Positions 29,292 through 38,686 of a stretch of 64,000 nucleotides of DNA are shown piece by piece. Made by a program: the position numbers and the translations under genes. The DNA lies in the IMG/VR virus record IMGVR_UViG_3300042923_000569, positions 248,001 to 312,000 of that record; one strand, 5' to 3'. Within the stretch, counting starts at the first letter, position 1. Each line of letters opens with the position of its first letter. The notes beneath the pieces were generated by a model. The model did not search any database. It was given only the letters and a program-made list of their open reading frames with translations, and had not been told where the DNA came from.

Positions 29292-29596
29292 TATAATTCC
29301 TTTGGAATTTTGATTTGTTTAACATCAACTACAGTTTCATCTTCAAAGAAACTTACCGCCCACTGATGGGTATTTGGATTACGAACAACTGACTTAACAG
29401 TATTGTACTTTTCACGACTTTTAAATGGCTTAAGAGATTTTTTACAAACCATCTTACCAATAAGTTTAGTTCCTAATTCCCACACTTCACGATCTGAATC
29501 GATATGACGTTGTGCCAGTACTTCTTTTTCTTTTGGAGTAAGTGAAATATACATATTAACCTTACATAATTTTAATACGTTTAAACTCAGGAACAA
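29291..29596 (-). CDS. conserved phage hypothetical protein
   Basis: IGKMVCKKSLKPFKS...NTVK...NPNT; start probably MYISL. Confidence 0.7.
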   Translation of the reverse strand: MFLSLNVLKLCKVNMYISLTPKEKEVLAQRHIDSDREVWELGTKLIGKMVCKKSLKPFKSREKYNTVKSVVRNPNTHQWAVSFFEDETVVDVKQIKIPKEL

Positions 29597-30008
29597 TAAA
29601 GTCTTCTTCGATTAAGAAGATCTCTGCATCAGAGAACACACGACAGAACTCATAATCATATTCAACCGGATTACCAAGAATACATGATTGAATGAATTCA
29701 AGTACACAATAACTATCTAATTCTTCATTATATAAGTCAATATTGTACAGAGAAAGAAGCTTCAGTACTTCTTCTTTTATTTCTGATTTCTCAACCAATT
29801 CCAACATGTCGTCGATTACAAAATCATTAAATTCTTTGTTGCCATACTTGTTAGAAGTATAAAGTTTAGCTACTGAAACTAAAAACACTGCCTGTTCATA
29901 TGAAAGGCCGTGTTGGTTTACAGTATTGTAATGATCTCCATCATTTTCCCATGAAGTAATGGCGACCGAATAACCTTTCGGAATTGTACTACCAGTTTCT
30001 ACTAGCAT
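29562..30008 (-). CDS. conserved phage hypothetical protein
   Basis: IPKGY...TSWENDGDHY motif. Confidence 0.75.
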   Translation of the reverse strand: MLVETGSTIPKGYSVAITSWENDGDHYNTVNQHGLSYEQAVFLVSVAKLYTSNKYGNKEFNDFVIDDMLELVEKSEIKEEVLKLLSLYNIDLYNEELDSYCVLEFIQSCILGNPVEYDYEFCRVFSDAEIFLIEEDFIVPEFKRIKIM

Positions 30009-30015
30009 TTTTGCC

Positions 30016-30222
30016 TTATTGTATTAGTTCAACGAAGTTTACCAGATAGATATATTTTTCATCATTGTAGGTAGTACCGAATGATGCTTTGATAATCTGG
30101 ATATTATTTTCGATACAGAAGTCTTCGAACAGATTACGGTTGTCAAATGACTTGAATACACGCCTTGAGTTAGCACCATGTTCTTTGCTGAACTGCTCAA
30201 CTACCACGATTTCTTTTGACAT
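30016..30222 (-). CDS. hypothetical protein
   Basis: ORF with SD. Confidence 0.65.
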   Translation of the reverse strand: MSKEIVVVEQFSKEHGANSRRVFKSFDNRNLFEDFCIENNIQIIKASFGTTYNDEKYIYLVNFVELIQ

Positions 30223-30418
30223 TTTTCCGCTCCTTACTCTGATTGTTCCGAGCTTTCGCTTCGCTAATACGAATGTGTTCTATTGCTTCATCAATCGTAT
30301 TATACGTGCTAAGCCGTTGGCTGTCAACAGATTTTACTGAAGATGTGTCACCCATGCAAGCATGAATTCCAGTACAGCCACACCACAAACATTTATCCTT
30401 TAAGTTTAGTTTTTTCAT
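30197..30418 (-). CDS. hypothetical protein (CxxCGxxGxHxC)
   Basis: Zinc-knuckle-like motif. Confidence 0.6.
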   Translation of the reverse strand: MKKLNLKDKCLWCGCTGIHACMGDTSSVKSVDSQRLSTYNTIDEAIEHIRISEAKARNNQSKERKNVKRNRGS

Positions 30419-30710
30419 ATCCTTCCAATTGTTCCATGATATTCATATCATATAACGCACCTGAAACAGTACTGTATACTATCGCATTATTTTTATCATC
30501 ATACACAATTGAACCATTTTTGGTGATACAATATCCCCATTCTTTGTCAACATTTTGTTCACGCGATAAACTATAAGGACTTTTTTTGCCGGTTGCTTCA
30601 GGATTGACAGTTTTTACATAAATCCATGCTGCAATACGTTTATTCATAGCATAAACAATACAAACACAAACAAATAAAATTGTACAACAAATTAATAAAG
30701 TGTTCATCAT
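30393..30710 (-). CDS. membrane-anchored protein, SPY-TKNG tandem paralog 1
   Basis: TM + SPY...GYCITKNG...VY...EGY. Confidence 0.8.
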   Translation of the reverse strand: MMNTLLICCTILFVCVCIVYAMNKRIAAWIYVKTVNPEATGKKSPYSLSREQNVDKEWGYCITKNGSIVYDDKNNAIVYSTVSGALYDMNIMEQLEGYEKTKLKG

Positions 30711-30712
30711 TA

Positions 30713-31051
30713 TTATACCTTAGTTAAACGATAACCTTCCATCTTCTCGTATTTGTTCATTACTTCAATCGCACTTTCCATATACTTGTAAACATCATAT
30801 GTATTTTCAGTACCATGAATTTTAACTACATTACCATTTTTAGTGATAGTATAACCCGTATCACCTTTGTAGTCTTTTGAACGTACTAAACCATAAGGAC
30901 TCTGTGGTAGTGAATCGTTTTGTACATCAGATACTGTCATCATATAAAGATTGGCTGTAATCTTTTTTACGTTGCTATATGTTTTAGCTACAATCAATAA
31001 GATTAAAGTCCCGCAAATCATTGCGATAGATATATCACTCACTTTGTTCAC
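30713..31051 (-). CDS. membrane-anchored protein, SPY-TKNG tandem paralog 2
   Basis: TM + SPY...GYTITKNG...VY...EGY. Confidence 0.8.
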   Translation of the reverse strand: MNKVSDISIAMICGTLILLIVAKTYSNVKKITANLYMMTVSDVQNDSLPQSPYGLVRSKDYKGDTGYTITKNGNVVKIHGTENTYDVYKYMESAIEVMNKYEKMEGYRLTKV

Positions 31052-31436
31052 CTATATCTGATACTTCATAACCTTCAAGCTTTTCATAAGTATTGATAAC
31101 TGCCATAGCATCAGTGATTTTAGTATACACTGGTGCTGAAGCAGACCTGCTTGAACGAAATATTTCTCCATTTTTAGTAACACAGTACCCCCAATTTTTA
31201 TTGGATGAAACTGTATGTATTACACCGTAAGGGCTTTTTGGTTTAGGCTTGGGTGGTGTTGGTGGTTCAATTTCACCAGTAACCATCCGGCGATACAACA
31301 TTGCAGCAATTGTCTTAGTACTGTTATGAATAACACACGCTGTAATAGCAAGTACTACGGTACAAAACATAATTATCTGTGTATCAGTCATGATATTCTC
31401 AAATTTTAGTTTGCTTATATCCACCGATCTTTTCAA
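31035..31436 (-). CDS. membrane-anchored protein, SPY-TKNG tandem paralog 3
   Basis: TM + SPY...GYCVTKNG...EGY; start probably MTDTQ. Confidence 0.8.
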   Translation of the reverse strand: MKRSVDISKLKFENIMTDTQIIMFCTVVLAITACVIHNSTKTIAAMLYRRMVTGEIEPPTPPKPKPKSPYGVIHTVSSNKNWGYCVTKNGEIFRSSRSASAPVYTKITDAMAVINTYEKLEGYEVSDIGEQSE

Positions 31437-31707
31437 GTTCGTTCATGGATTTAAGTGCAGTTGGTAAATCATAGAATGTTGATGTATCAATGGTAACCAT
31501 ACCATTTTTAATAACATATATATCTGTGTTGCTATAAGACGAATACTTTCTATCGATTTTATATGGGCTGTTCTTTAAGCCGGATTCATCAACTGGTTTA
31601 ACTAGCTTCATATGCATATTAGCTGCTATCTTTTTGTTAGCAACATATACAAGTGAACCAGAGATTGAAAGTACTACAACCACTCCTAATAAAATGAATT
31701 CAATCAT
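31399..31707 (-). CDS. membrane-anchored protein, SPY-TKNG tandem paralog 4
   Basis: TM + SPY...YVIKNG...GGY. Confidence 0.8.
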   Translation of the reverse strand: MIEFILLGVVVVLSISGSLVYVANKKIAANMHMKLVKPVDESGLKNSPYKIDRKYSSYSNTDIYVIKNGMVTIDTSTFYDLPTALKSMNELEKIGGYKQTKI

Positions 31708-32006
31708 TATGCTTTTCCATTAAGTACTGAACAGTACCATTGTAAAAGGTCAAGGTATGCTTGCTCGGTGGCAGTACGTTGTTTGATTGAACGCATCCAC
31801 CGCATATCGTCAATAATCCATTGTTCAGGTTTCATTCATCATCCTCAATAGGTGAATCAAGATCGACTTCAACACCTTTAGTTAATTCTTTAATTTCATT
31901 CCAGAAACGAACTGGTACTGGATGGACATTGATTGATACATTAATCTCTCTTGCAATTAAATCTAAGTGAATATGTTCAGGAAGTGACATATGTTTTCCT
32001 TATTAG

Positions 32007-32079
32007 TACCGCGTATTGGACTCGAACCAATGACAAAGCGATTAAGAGTCGCCTACTCTACCAACTGAGTTAACACGGC
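32007..32079 (-). tRNA. tRNA-Lys(CUU)
   Basis: GGCGA-CTCTTAA-TCGCT. Confidence 0.92.
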
Positions 32080-32090
32080 ATGTGTTTTAG

Positions 32091-32164
32091 TACCCCGTCC
32101 GAGACTCGAACTCGGAACCTTCCGATTAAAAGTCGGATATTCTAACCAATTGAATTAACGAGGC
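32091..32164 (-). tRNA. tRNA-Lys(UUU)
   Basis: TCCGA-CTTTTAA-TCGGA. Confidence 0.92.
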
Positions 32165-32353
32165 ATTATACTTTTAAAAGTACAATTTACTTTCCAGAAG
32201 AACTTATAGTTCTCATGTTTGGTTTTCCCATACGTTTACCGCAATCCTTACACAACTTAGTGTAAATCAAATCAGTACTGTCAGGGTTATAATGAATTTT
32301 ACAAACTTCAATGCTGACATGATGCCCGCAGAATAGCTGTTTAAGTATTTTCA

Positions 32354-32557
32354 TTACGGATGGAGGATATCGATCATATCATCTGGATATTCGGCATTAC
32401 ATGCAATGATACCGTGAATTGATTCACCATTTTCTGAATCTACCAAATTACCAGAAAACAGTCTATATTCTTCATTCATTTCTGAACCAGAAATATCTTT
32501 CACTTCAAATCCAGACATTAATGCAAGTTGTTGAATTTGTTTTCGGGTTAATACCAT
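32354..32557 (-). CDS. hypothetical protein
   Basis: ORF with SD. Confidence 0.65.
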   Translation of the reverse strand: MVLTRKQIQQLALMSGFEVKDISGSEMNEEYRLFSGNLVDSENGESIHGIIACNAEYPDDMIDILHP

Positions 32558-32605
32558 TATTATCTTCCTTAATTTTAAAGGGTACTAAGTACCCTTATTT
32601 TTTTA

Positions 32606-33073
32606 TTATTCTGTCGCTGCTTCAGTTTCGTAACCGTTGATAATACGGTGAATAATATCGTGTACTGACATTCCTTGGTAGCGAGTTTTACCCACATATA
32701 CATCATGCGTAACAAACGATACCGGAGTACCATCTTCTGATACCCAATTAAGTTCAGTTGGAACAAGACGGAGCTTGTGTTTGATAATATACCAATACAG
32801 ATCATGCACGTTTAATTCAATATCACGTGGTGATGGATTGAATTTAGTTGCAACATAACTTTTTTCTGATTCAGTACTTTTCAGATATACCTGGTAAACG
32901 ATTTGATTATCATCATTTCGATCAATACAGTTAGTCTGTTCAATCAGTACAGAAATCTTCTCATCAGATTCTTCTTTAGTATTAGCAAGTAGAGTCAGAG
33001 AGAATTCTTCACGGCGGTTGTCAAGAGGCCACAGCTTTACAAAGTTTAAAGTACTTTTAATTTTCAAAGACAT
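32606..33073 (-). CDS. hypothetical protein
   Basis: ORF downstream of promoter at 33108. Confidence 0.75.
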   Translation of the reverse strand: MSLKIKSTLNFVKLWPLDNRREEFSLTLLANTKEESDEKISVLIEQTNCIDRNDDNQIVYQVYLKSTESEKSYVATKFNPSPRDIELNVHDLYWYIIKHKLRLVPTELNWVSEDGTPVSFVTHDVYVGKTRYQGMSVHDIIHRIINGYETEAATE

Positions 33074-33107
33074 TTGTTTTATTTCCTGTTAGGTGTTCAT
33101 TACGAGC

Positions 33108-33136
33108 ATGGTATCAGGTTCACGCCACTCTGTCAA
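33108..33136 (-). promoter_or_regulatory. sigma70-type promoter
   Basis: TTGACA-17-TACCAT with TG extension. Confidence 0.7.
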
Positions 33137-33144
33137 GCGTGATT

Positions 33145-33221
33145 TGGTGGGGCCAGCGGGAGTCGAACCCGCGACCTTCGGATTTTCAATCCGACGCTCT
33201 AACCAACTGAGCTACAACCCC
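33145..33221 (-). tRNA. tRNA-Phe(GAA)
   Basis: TCGGA-TTGAAAA-TCCGA; CCA encoded. Confidence 0.95.
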
Positions 33222-33222
33222 A

Positions 33223-33474
33223 TTAAACTTCTTTTTGTAATTCCTTCACTTTTTCAAAAAATCTGAGAAATTTGGTTATATAATCTGGATGTATATCTTT
33301 GTGTCTTTTGGGGATACTTAGGTTTTCAAATATACCTTCATAACTGAATACATAATGACTTGATGCATTATTAACACACGGCACCCCGAACTTATCTGCA
33401 ACTGTCAGGAGATGCCGCATTGACCAGTTACGTTTGTTTTGACGCATTTTATTAAGAATCTTTTCTGCACTCAT
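33223..33474 (-). CDS. HicA-family toxin-like protein (orphan)
   Basis: 83 aa; helix-FG-beta-SSHYVF...LSIP...I.P.YI pattern of the HicA dsRBD fold; no hicB adjacent. Confidence 0.7.
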   Translation of the reverse strand: MSAEKILNKMRQNKRNWSMRHLLTVADKFGVPCVNNASSHYVFSYEGIFENLSIPKRHKDIHPDYITKFLRFFEKVKELQKEV

Positions 33475-33522
33475 TATTTTGTTTCCTTATATTATGGAAA
33501 CAAAATAATGTTTCCATTAAAT

Positions 33523-33930
33523 TTATAATTTATTTTTCATAAAATAAGATACTACGTCATAAAATTCTTTAATCATCTGCATATCTTCCAATTCTAAATC
33601 ATCGAAATCATGTAGAGTACTTTGCTGGAAGAATTGTTCTTCTGTCAATGTTAATGGAAGCTCTTTGTTATTTTTAATTGAGAATATGTCACCCTGTATA
33701 ATACATACATTTTTACCAATCATGGGTTTTTCATAATCATTTATAATTAAATTATTATTTCTTAAGATGAATGCATGTAAAGAGGTGTTCATAATTTTGG
33801 TATCACCAACCGGCCTAGTTAAATATTGGCGTAGTTGTATAGAGCTAGTACATTCAACATCATACTCACCATTTTGATTAATGGTTATCTTAGTACTTTC
33901 AAAAATACTTTCTATTAGTTTCTTGTACAT
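33523..33930 (-). CDS. hypothetical protein, EExxFQxxT family
   Basis: LTEEQFFQQSTLHDF. Confidence 0.75.
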   Translation of the reverse strand: MYKKLIESIFESTKITINQNGEYDVECTSSIQLRQYLTRPVGDTKIMNTSLHAFILRNNNLIINDYEKPMIGKNVCIIQGDIFSIKNNKELPLTLTEEQFFQQSTLHDFDDLELEDMQMIKEFYDVVSYFMKNKL

Positions 33931-33946
33931 GTTAAGATCTTATTAT

Positions 33947-34024
33947 TGGTGTGGCTGGCGGGATTCGAACCCGCGTCATCTGCGTCACAGGCAGGAACGT
34001 TAACCAACTACGCTCACAGCCACC
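33947..34024 (-). tRNA. tRNA-His(GUG)
   Basis: CTGC-CTGTGAC-GCAG; G-1 present but discriminator reads A. Confidence 0.88.
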
Positions 34025-34029
34025 ATTGA

Positions 34030-34410
34030 TTAAAAACCAATTTCATTATCTTTAAGTACTTTAATAATCTTCTTCAAGTACTTTATTTCTTCGTCAGTGT
34101 ATCCGAAATCTAAAAGTTGTTGTTCAAAACCGTTATTGACATATACTGTAATAGATGGAATACCTTCAATCGCCTTCCAAGTATAAATCTTAGAGGAAGT
34201 CATTCTAAAACCACTAGTAAGAGCACTACCAAAAACTTTTTCATTAATGGTGATACATGGTACAGTTCCAGTATTTGGTTCGACCATAGTAGTGAGTTCA
34301 GTGATTAATTGTGCATATTGCATTTCGTAATCATGCTTAGTTAAAGCTTTTAAATTAACTTCAGAAATAATATCATTCAGTACTACTTCTAATACAAAGT
34401 CTTTAAACAT
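34030..34410 (-). CDS. hypothetical protein
   Basis: ORF. Confidence 0.7.
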   Translation of the reverse strand: MFKDFVLEVVLNDIISEVNLKALTKHDYEMQYAQLITELTTMVEPNTGTVPCITINEKVFGSALTSGFRMTSSKIYTWKAIEGIPSITVYVNNGFEQQLLDFGYTDEEIKYLKKIIKVLKDNEIGF

Positions 34411-34779
34411 TTAAAATTCTCGCATTGGAATAAAAGGATAATCACCTTCATCTTCTATATGAATATGTACTTTATCATCTGAATCCATAAAGTATTCTCC
34501 CATCCACATAGCACATTCAGTATTACCGAATCCTGAATACCATCTTCCAGTATCCAATGCACTCTTAGGTATGTAGATAAAATCCAGTACTTCAGACTCT
34601 GGTACAAATACATCATGTACACTGTCATCATCTGGATGGCTTATGTATTCATTGTATACGTCACCGTACCATTCACTTCGAGTATAAATGAATTTTCTAC
34701 CATCCCATACTGCTGATGATGCATTCCTGCAATCACCAGAGTACATGCAACCACGTTCTAATTCAGATTTAGGAATCAT
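34411..34779 (-). CDS. hypothetical protein with duplicated domain
   Basis: IPKSEL..G..YSG..RN...A.W.G..F occurs twice; start reassigned to MIPKS. Confidence 0.75.
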   Translation of the reverse strand: MIPKSELERGCMYSGDCRNASSAVWDGRKFIYTRSEWYGDVYNEYISHPDDDSVHDVFVPESEVLDFIYIPKSALDTGRWYSGFGNTECAMWMGEYFMDSDDKVHIHIEDEGDYPFIPMREF

Positions 34780-35089
34780 TCTTCTTTGCCTTGTTCTTGG
34801 CTTTGTTATTCTGAATTTCATTGTAGTAAAGTACTTTACCACGTGGTGCTCCATCTGTGTTATGACGCTTACGAGCATTAGCAGTGTGCATATTACCTGC
34901 ACCTAATTTGTCGCACCAACGCATCATTTCGCGACAAATCCAGCCAATATCAGAACGAAGCTCACACGCCATTTCATCAGAGAAATTACCATTAACAAAC
35001 AATCGTGCGTGCCAACGATTATTAATCTTGGTAACCTTAATATCAGTTTCTGATTCAGTACTTAATATCATTTGTCTATTACGTTTCAT
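34769..35089 (-). CDS. hypothetical protein
   Basis: ORF with AAGG SD. Confidence 0.7.
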   Translation of the reverse strand: MKRNRQMILSTESETDIKVTKINNRWHARLFVNGNFSDEMACELRSDIGWICREMMRWCDKLGAGNMHTANARKRHNTDGAPRGKVLYYNEIQNNKAKNKAKKNDS

Positions 35090-35105
35090 TGTTAACCTTT
35101 TATTT

Positions 35106-35183
35106 TGGTCGGGATGGTTGGACTCGAACCAACGACTTCATCGTCCCAAACGATGCACTCTAAACCAACTGAGCTACATCCCG
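35106..35183 (-). tRNA. tRNA-Pro(UGG)
   Basis: CATCG-TTTGGGA-CGATG; CCA encoded. Confidence 0.95.
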
Positions 35184-35189
35184 AATTTG

Positions 35190-35263
35190 TCCGTGTGGCA
35201 GGATTTGAACCTGCGACCCCTCCGCCCCAAACGGAGTACTCTACCAAACTGAGCCACACACGG
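35190..35263 (-). tRNA. tRNA-Pro(UGG), second copy
   Basis: CTCCG-TTTGGGG-CGGAG. Confidence 0.93.
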
Positions 35264-35283
35264 TTTTTATTTCTTATGGTATT

Positions 35284-35313
35284 ATTATACCATATTTGTT
35301 TAAACTGTTTCAT
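35284..35313 (-). promoter_or_regulatory. WTGAAAC-type phage promoter
   Basis: ATGAAACA...TATGGTATAAT upstream of tRNA-Pro pair. Confidence 0.7.
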
Positions 35314-35695
35314 ATTTCTCTTTGAAATATATGCGGTGCAGTTCACGCATTGTTTGGTACATATCAGTACTCAAATCATAGGTATCAATTGTAGTTCCAA
35401 TCTGGAATAATCTAGCTTCAAATTCATCAAGATTCCTAATCTCCGAACTATGAGACAGAACCTCATCATTTTCATATATAGAAACACCTAATGAATCATC
35501 GTTCAGATCATATGAAAAGTTGAATATAGTAGTGCTATTGCCGTTCATTATATAGATACAAAAAATTAACATTGTTTGGTCTTGGTACTTTTCAATCTCA
35601 TACTGAAAAGATATATCAGTACCTTCAATTGACCATAAATTACCTTTCCAATTATGTTTTGCTCGCAATGAACATAAATCAAATATATTAGTCAT
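35300..35695 (-). CDS. hypothetical protein, EExxFQxxT family
   Basis: EARLFQIGTTID. Confidence 0.7.
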   Translation of the reverse strand: MTNIFDLCSLRAKHNWKGNLWSIEGTDISFQYEIEKYQDQTMLIFCIYIMNGNSTTIFNFSYDLNDDSLGVSIYENDEVLSHSSEIRNLDEFEARLFQIGTTIDTYDLSTDMYQTMRELHRIYFKEKYETV

Positions 35696-35696
35696 A

Positions 35697-36095
35697 TTAT
35701 GTTAAACTATAGAAATCGTAGATTCGTTTAAATTTCGTTACATGCTTAGGCTTAAGCCATTTCAAATCTTCAATAGTACTCAACTGGAATAGCATTGCTT
35801 CATCAGCTTCATAGGGTACAAATAAATCATCACTTGCATCAAACACTTCATCATCATTATAACTAAGAAATGTTGTGAACATAAAACCATCAGGCTTAAG
35901 TACTATTTCAACTAGTTCACCCTTAATATAAACATTTAAGGTAGGATACTTAGTACCTTCGTACCAACCAACAAACAGTTGCAATTGCTTACCAACGTAA
36001 TACGTTATGCGTTTCATCCATATTGCATCATATATCAGTACTCTTGAGCTTGGGTCAAGTACGTGACTAAGCTTTTGATCGAAGTTCATTCCCAT
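35697..36095 (-). CDS. hypothetical protein, EExxFQxxT family
   Basis: DEAMLFQLSTIED. Confidence 0.7.
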   Translation of the reverse strand: MGMNFDQKLSHVLDPSSRVLIYDAIWMKRITYYVGKQLQLFVGWYEGTKYPTLNVYIKGELVEIVLKPDGFMFTTFLSYNDDEVFDASDDLFVPYEADEAMLFQLSTIEDLKWLKPKHVTKFKRIYDFYSLT

Positions 36096-36474
36096 GAATT
36101 TTCCCTAAAATGTTTATTAACTTGTTACAATTGATGATTGTTTCATATATCATATCTCCGAAATCCTGAACAGTACTCTGTTGAAAGAATTCTTCCTCAG
36201 TAATGTTCAATGGTATTCTTACGTCGAATCCAGGTCGCATGTACCAGATTAATTTCTTACACACCTTAATAGTAGTATCATGAAGCTCACCTTCGGTATA
36301 AGGTATTAAGTCAAACAAACTGACATATTCATCACACTCATCAAAGTTCTGATTAGTTAATGCTATAATATAGTTGTTAATATTGAAAAACTTTAAATCG
36401 AAATGAGTTAAGTTATCAACATTCTCAAGAAACTGTGTCACCTTATCAATCGTTTGATGAATAGTCAATTTCAT
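36067..36474 (-). CDS. hypothetical protein, EExxFQxxT family
   Basis: ITEEEFFQQSTVQDF; start reassigned to MKLTI. Confidence 0.75.
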   Translation of the reverse strand: MKLTIHQTIDKVTQFLENVDNLTHFDLKFFNINNYIIALTNQNFDECDEYVSLFDLIPYTEGELHDTTIKVCKKLIWYMRPGFDVRIPLNITEEEFFQQSTVQDFGDMIYETIINCNKLINILGKIHGNELRSKA

Positions 36475-36763
36475 ATTCTGCCTTATAGTACGTATCGTCG
36501 TCATAGTCGAATGTAAAACATATCTGATAAAGACCTTCTTCAAGGTCAAGTGAATGTGTTATATCATGACAACAGTCTTGTTTTTCATTGAAATTTCTAT
36601 ATTCCTTCATTCCAGTAGTTGTGTAACAGAAGTTCTGTACAAGATGTAATACATCTTTTCTAAAGAAAGCTATCTCATACAACATATCATCTGAGAAAAA
36701 AGCAACACTGCTGAAGTTTTCAGGTAATTCAATTTCTTGATTATTCGGTAATAAAATTTTCAT
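36446..36763 (-). CDS. hypothetical protein
   Basis: ORF. Confidence 0.65.
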   Translation of the reverse strand: MKILLPNNQEIELPENFSSVAFFSDDMLYEIAFFRKDVLHLVQNFCYTTTGMKEYRNFNEKQDCCHDITHSLDLEEGLYQICFTFDYDDDTYYKAEYEIDYSSND

Positions 36764-36784
36764 AATAAAAAAGGAGAGTACACC

Positions 36785-37159
36785 TTACGGCATCTCTCCT
36801 AGTATAAATTCATAGATTTCTTTAAGTACAAGTATTTCTTCTAGAGTTAAGTCTAGGAAATCATGTACAGTACTTTGCTGGAAGTATGATTCTTCTGAGT
36901 GTACTTTATCTATGTTACGGCGAGATCCGTTGTAAAATAAATTTCTACAATTGAAGCTAAAGCCAGTACCATCGACACTACAGTATTTTATGAAATAATC
37001 ATATGTCACATATCCCCATACACTGGCTGAACCTTCGTATTTGAATCGGTGAATTACTTCTTTCACTACTTTCCATTGGTCTTCGGAAAGATGAACTGCT
37101 TTAAATTCTATGGGTTCATCTTTCCAACTTTCATTATGCATTTTCTTTTTCGGAAGCAA
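36785..37159 (-). CDS. hypothetical protein, EExxFQxxT family
   Basis: SEESYFQQSTVHDF. Confidence 0.75.
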   Translation of the reverse strand: MLPKKKMHNESWKDEPIEFKAVHLSEDQWKVVKEVIHRFKYEGSASVWGYVTYDYFIKYCSVDGTGFSFNCRNLFYNGSRRNIDKVHSEESYFQQSTVHDFLDLTLEEILVLKEIYEFILGEMP

Positions 37160-37352
37160 TCATCTCAAGATGTTTGCGAATCCAACGCATAAAGAATGTG
37201 GCTTTATCTTCGTTTTTAAATTCTGCGTTACCTGTATCAGCTACGGGAACGGGGAACATAAAGCCACATTCAGTAGTGTACCATAACTCATTTTCTTTAT
37301 AATGGCTAAATTTGACTTTTTTGTCTTTCACCATGTCTAGTAGTTTACTCAT
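37134..37352 (-). CDS. conserved phage hypothetical protein
   Basis: LWYTTECGFMFPVP..DTGNAEF...DKA..FMRWIRK. Confidence 0.8.
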   Translation of the reverse strand: MSKLLDMVKDKKVKFSHYKENELWYTTECGFMFPVPVADTGNAEFKNEDKATFFMRWIRKHLEMIASEKENA

Positions 37353-37374
37353 TTCTTTAATCCTTTAGATTTTG

Positions 37375-37448
37375 TGTTCTCGGTAGGGTACGATCCTACA
37401 ACCTATTGCTTCGTAAACAATGGCTCTATCCAGTTGAGCTACAAGAAC
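37375..37448 (-). tRNA. tRNA-Arg(ACG)
   Basis: ATTGT-TTACGAA-GCAAT; D-loop A20; atypical T-loop ATCGTAC. Confidence 0.85.
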
Positions 37449-37869
37449 TCGTTATAGTAAGAGTACCCGAAGGTACTCATAGATGTTCGTCGGCCTGCAT
37501 CTTTCAGCGTCGTAGGGGGAGTGCCGTCCCTTGTCCCTACCAAAATTCTTAATGTACTGCACTGTCACGTACAGCAGTGTTATGCACTATTCACATCGTC
37601 AACCTTCACGGTGCACTAAGGCAGTGTGATAGGATTTGTTATAGTAAGTCAGTACTTCAGTACCGACAGTATAAGCTGGACTTACCATCCACATGTGCTT
37701 ATTCGTTGCTTATACAATTTCATTAATCTCAATATAATCAGGATCGCTTATAGCACCCATTACTTGATATTCCTTTCCATTGTATTCATATTTTTCATCC
37801 CAAAGATGAAGTGAAGAACCTGATGTAATCATTACACCATTTTCTTGTAATTCTTCATACGTTGGCATA

Positions 37870-38103
37870 TTATTTAGTCTCAAAAATATCAGTACTAATT
37901 AGATGGCATTGATGGGTCATAAGACCAAAATCTCCGTAATCTTTACATACATGTTTTTTAATTTCTTTTTTGACTAATATATTTAGATGTTCTTCTGAAA
38001 TAGATGATTCCAGTACTACAGTATCTTTACGAGAACTATCGCCATCGTAGTCATACCAATCATGTTCAAATACTAATATAGCTTTATGCATTTGCATTCC
38101 CAC
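37870..38103 (-). CDS. hypothetical protein
   Basis: ORF. Confidence 0.65.
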   Translation of the reverse strand: MGMQMHKAILVFEHDWYDYDGDSSRKDTVVLESSISEEHLNILVKKEIKKHVCKDYGDFGLMTHQCHLISTDIFETK

Positions 38104-38365
38104 ACATCAAACCAACACTTTGTTCTAAACGTGCGGCTTCTTCAGCATCCCATTCGGGATAAGTTTCTTTATGTCGCCAAGTCATTTTATGAATAATTTC
38201 AGCTTCAGTCCATAATCCACCTTTATACTTACGGCGACCACGACCACGAGAACTCATTAGTATGCTTTTCTTTACCATATTACGATAACGGTGATTGTTT
38301 TGAACATGTTCACCTGATGATGCCATTACAGCATCAAAGATACGCTTCTTAGCTTTCTTGTTCAT
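38084..38365 (-). CDS. hypothetical basic protein
   Basis: ORF with AAGGA SD. Confidence 0.7.
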   Translation of the reverse strand: MNKKAKKRIFDAVMASSGEHVQNNHRYRNMVKKSILMSSRGRGRRKYKGGLWTEAEIIHKMTWRHKETYPEWDAEEAARLEQSVGLMCGNANA

Positions 38366-38384
38366 AAGTTTCCTTATTAATTTG

Positions 38385-38456
38385 CGGAACCAGCGGGAAT
38401 CGAACCCGCGTTACCTCCGTGACAGGGAGGCGTCCTTACCGCTAGACGATGGCTCC
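38385..38456 (-). tRNA. tRNA-Asp(GUC)
   Basis: CCTCC-CTGTCAC-GGAGG; G73. Confidence 0.95.
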
Positions 38457-38464
38457 AATAGACA

Positions 38465-38686
38465 TTATAGCCTATTCATTGCTATAATATCAAAGTACTC
38501 ATTAAGATGAGTTACTTCTTTTAATTTATCTCGTACTTGATCCATATCAGTGAATTCAAATACCGATGTAATAATACATGAATCGGCAATATCAACCAAT
38601 TCAGTTCTGTAATAATCATCACTAAATTGATCAGTACTCTTTTTTTCATAATAAGAGTACTGATAACGTACAAAGTACTTAAACAT
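38465..38686 (-). CDS. hypothetical protein
   Basis: KYFVRY...DSCII, similar to adjacent gene (RYYVKY...DSVII). Confidence 0.7.
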   Translation of the reverse strand: MFKYFVRYQYSYYEKKSTDQFSDDYYRTELVDIADSCIITSVFEFTDMDQVRDKLKEVTHLNEYFDIIAMNRL

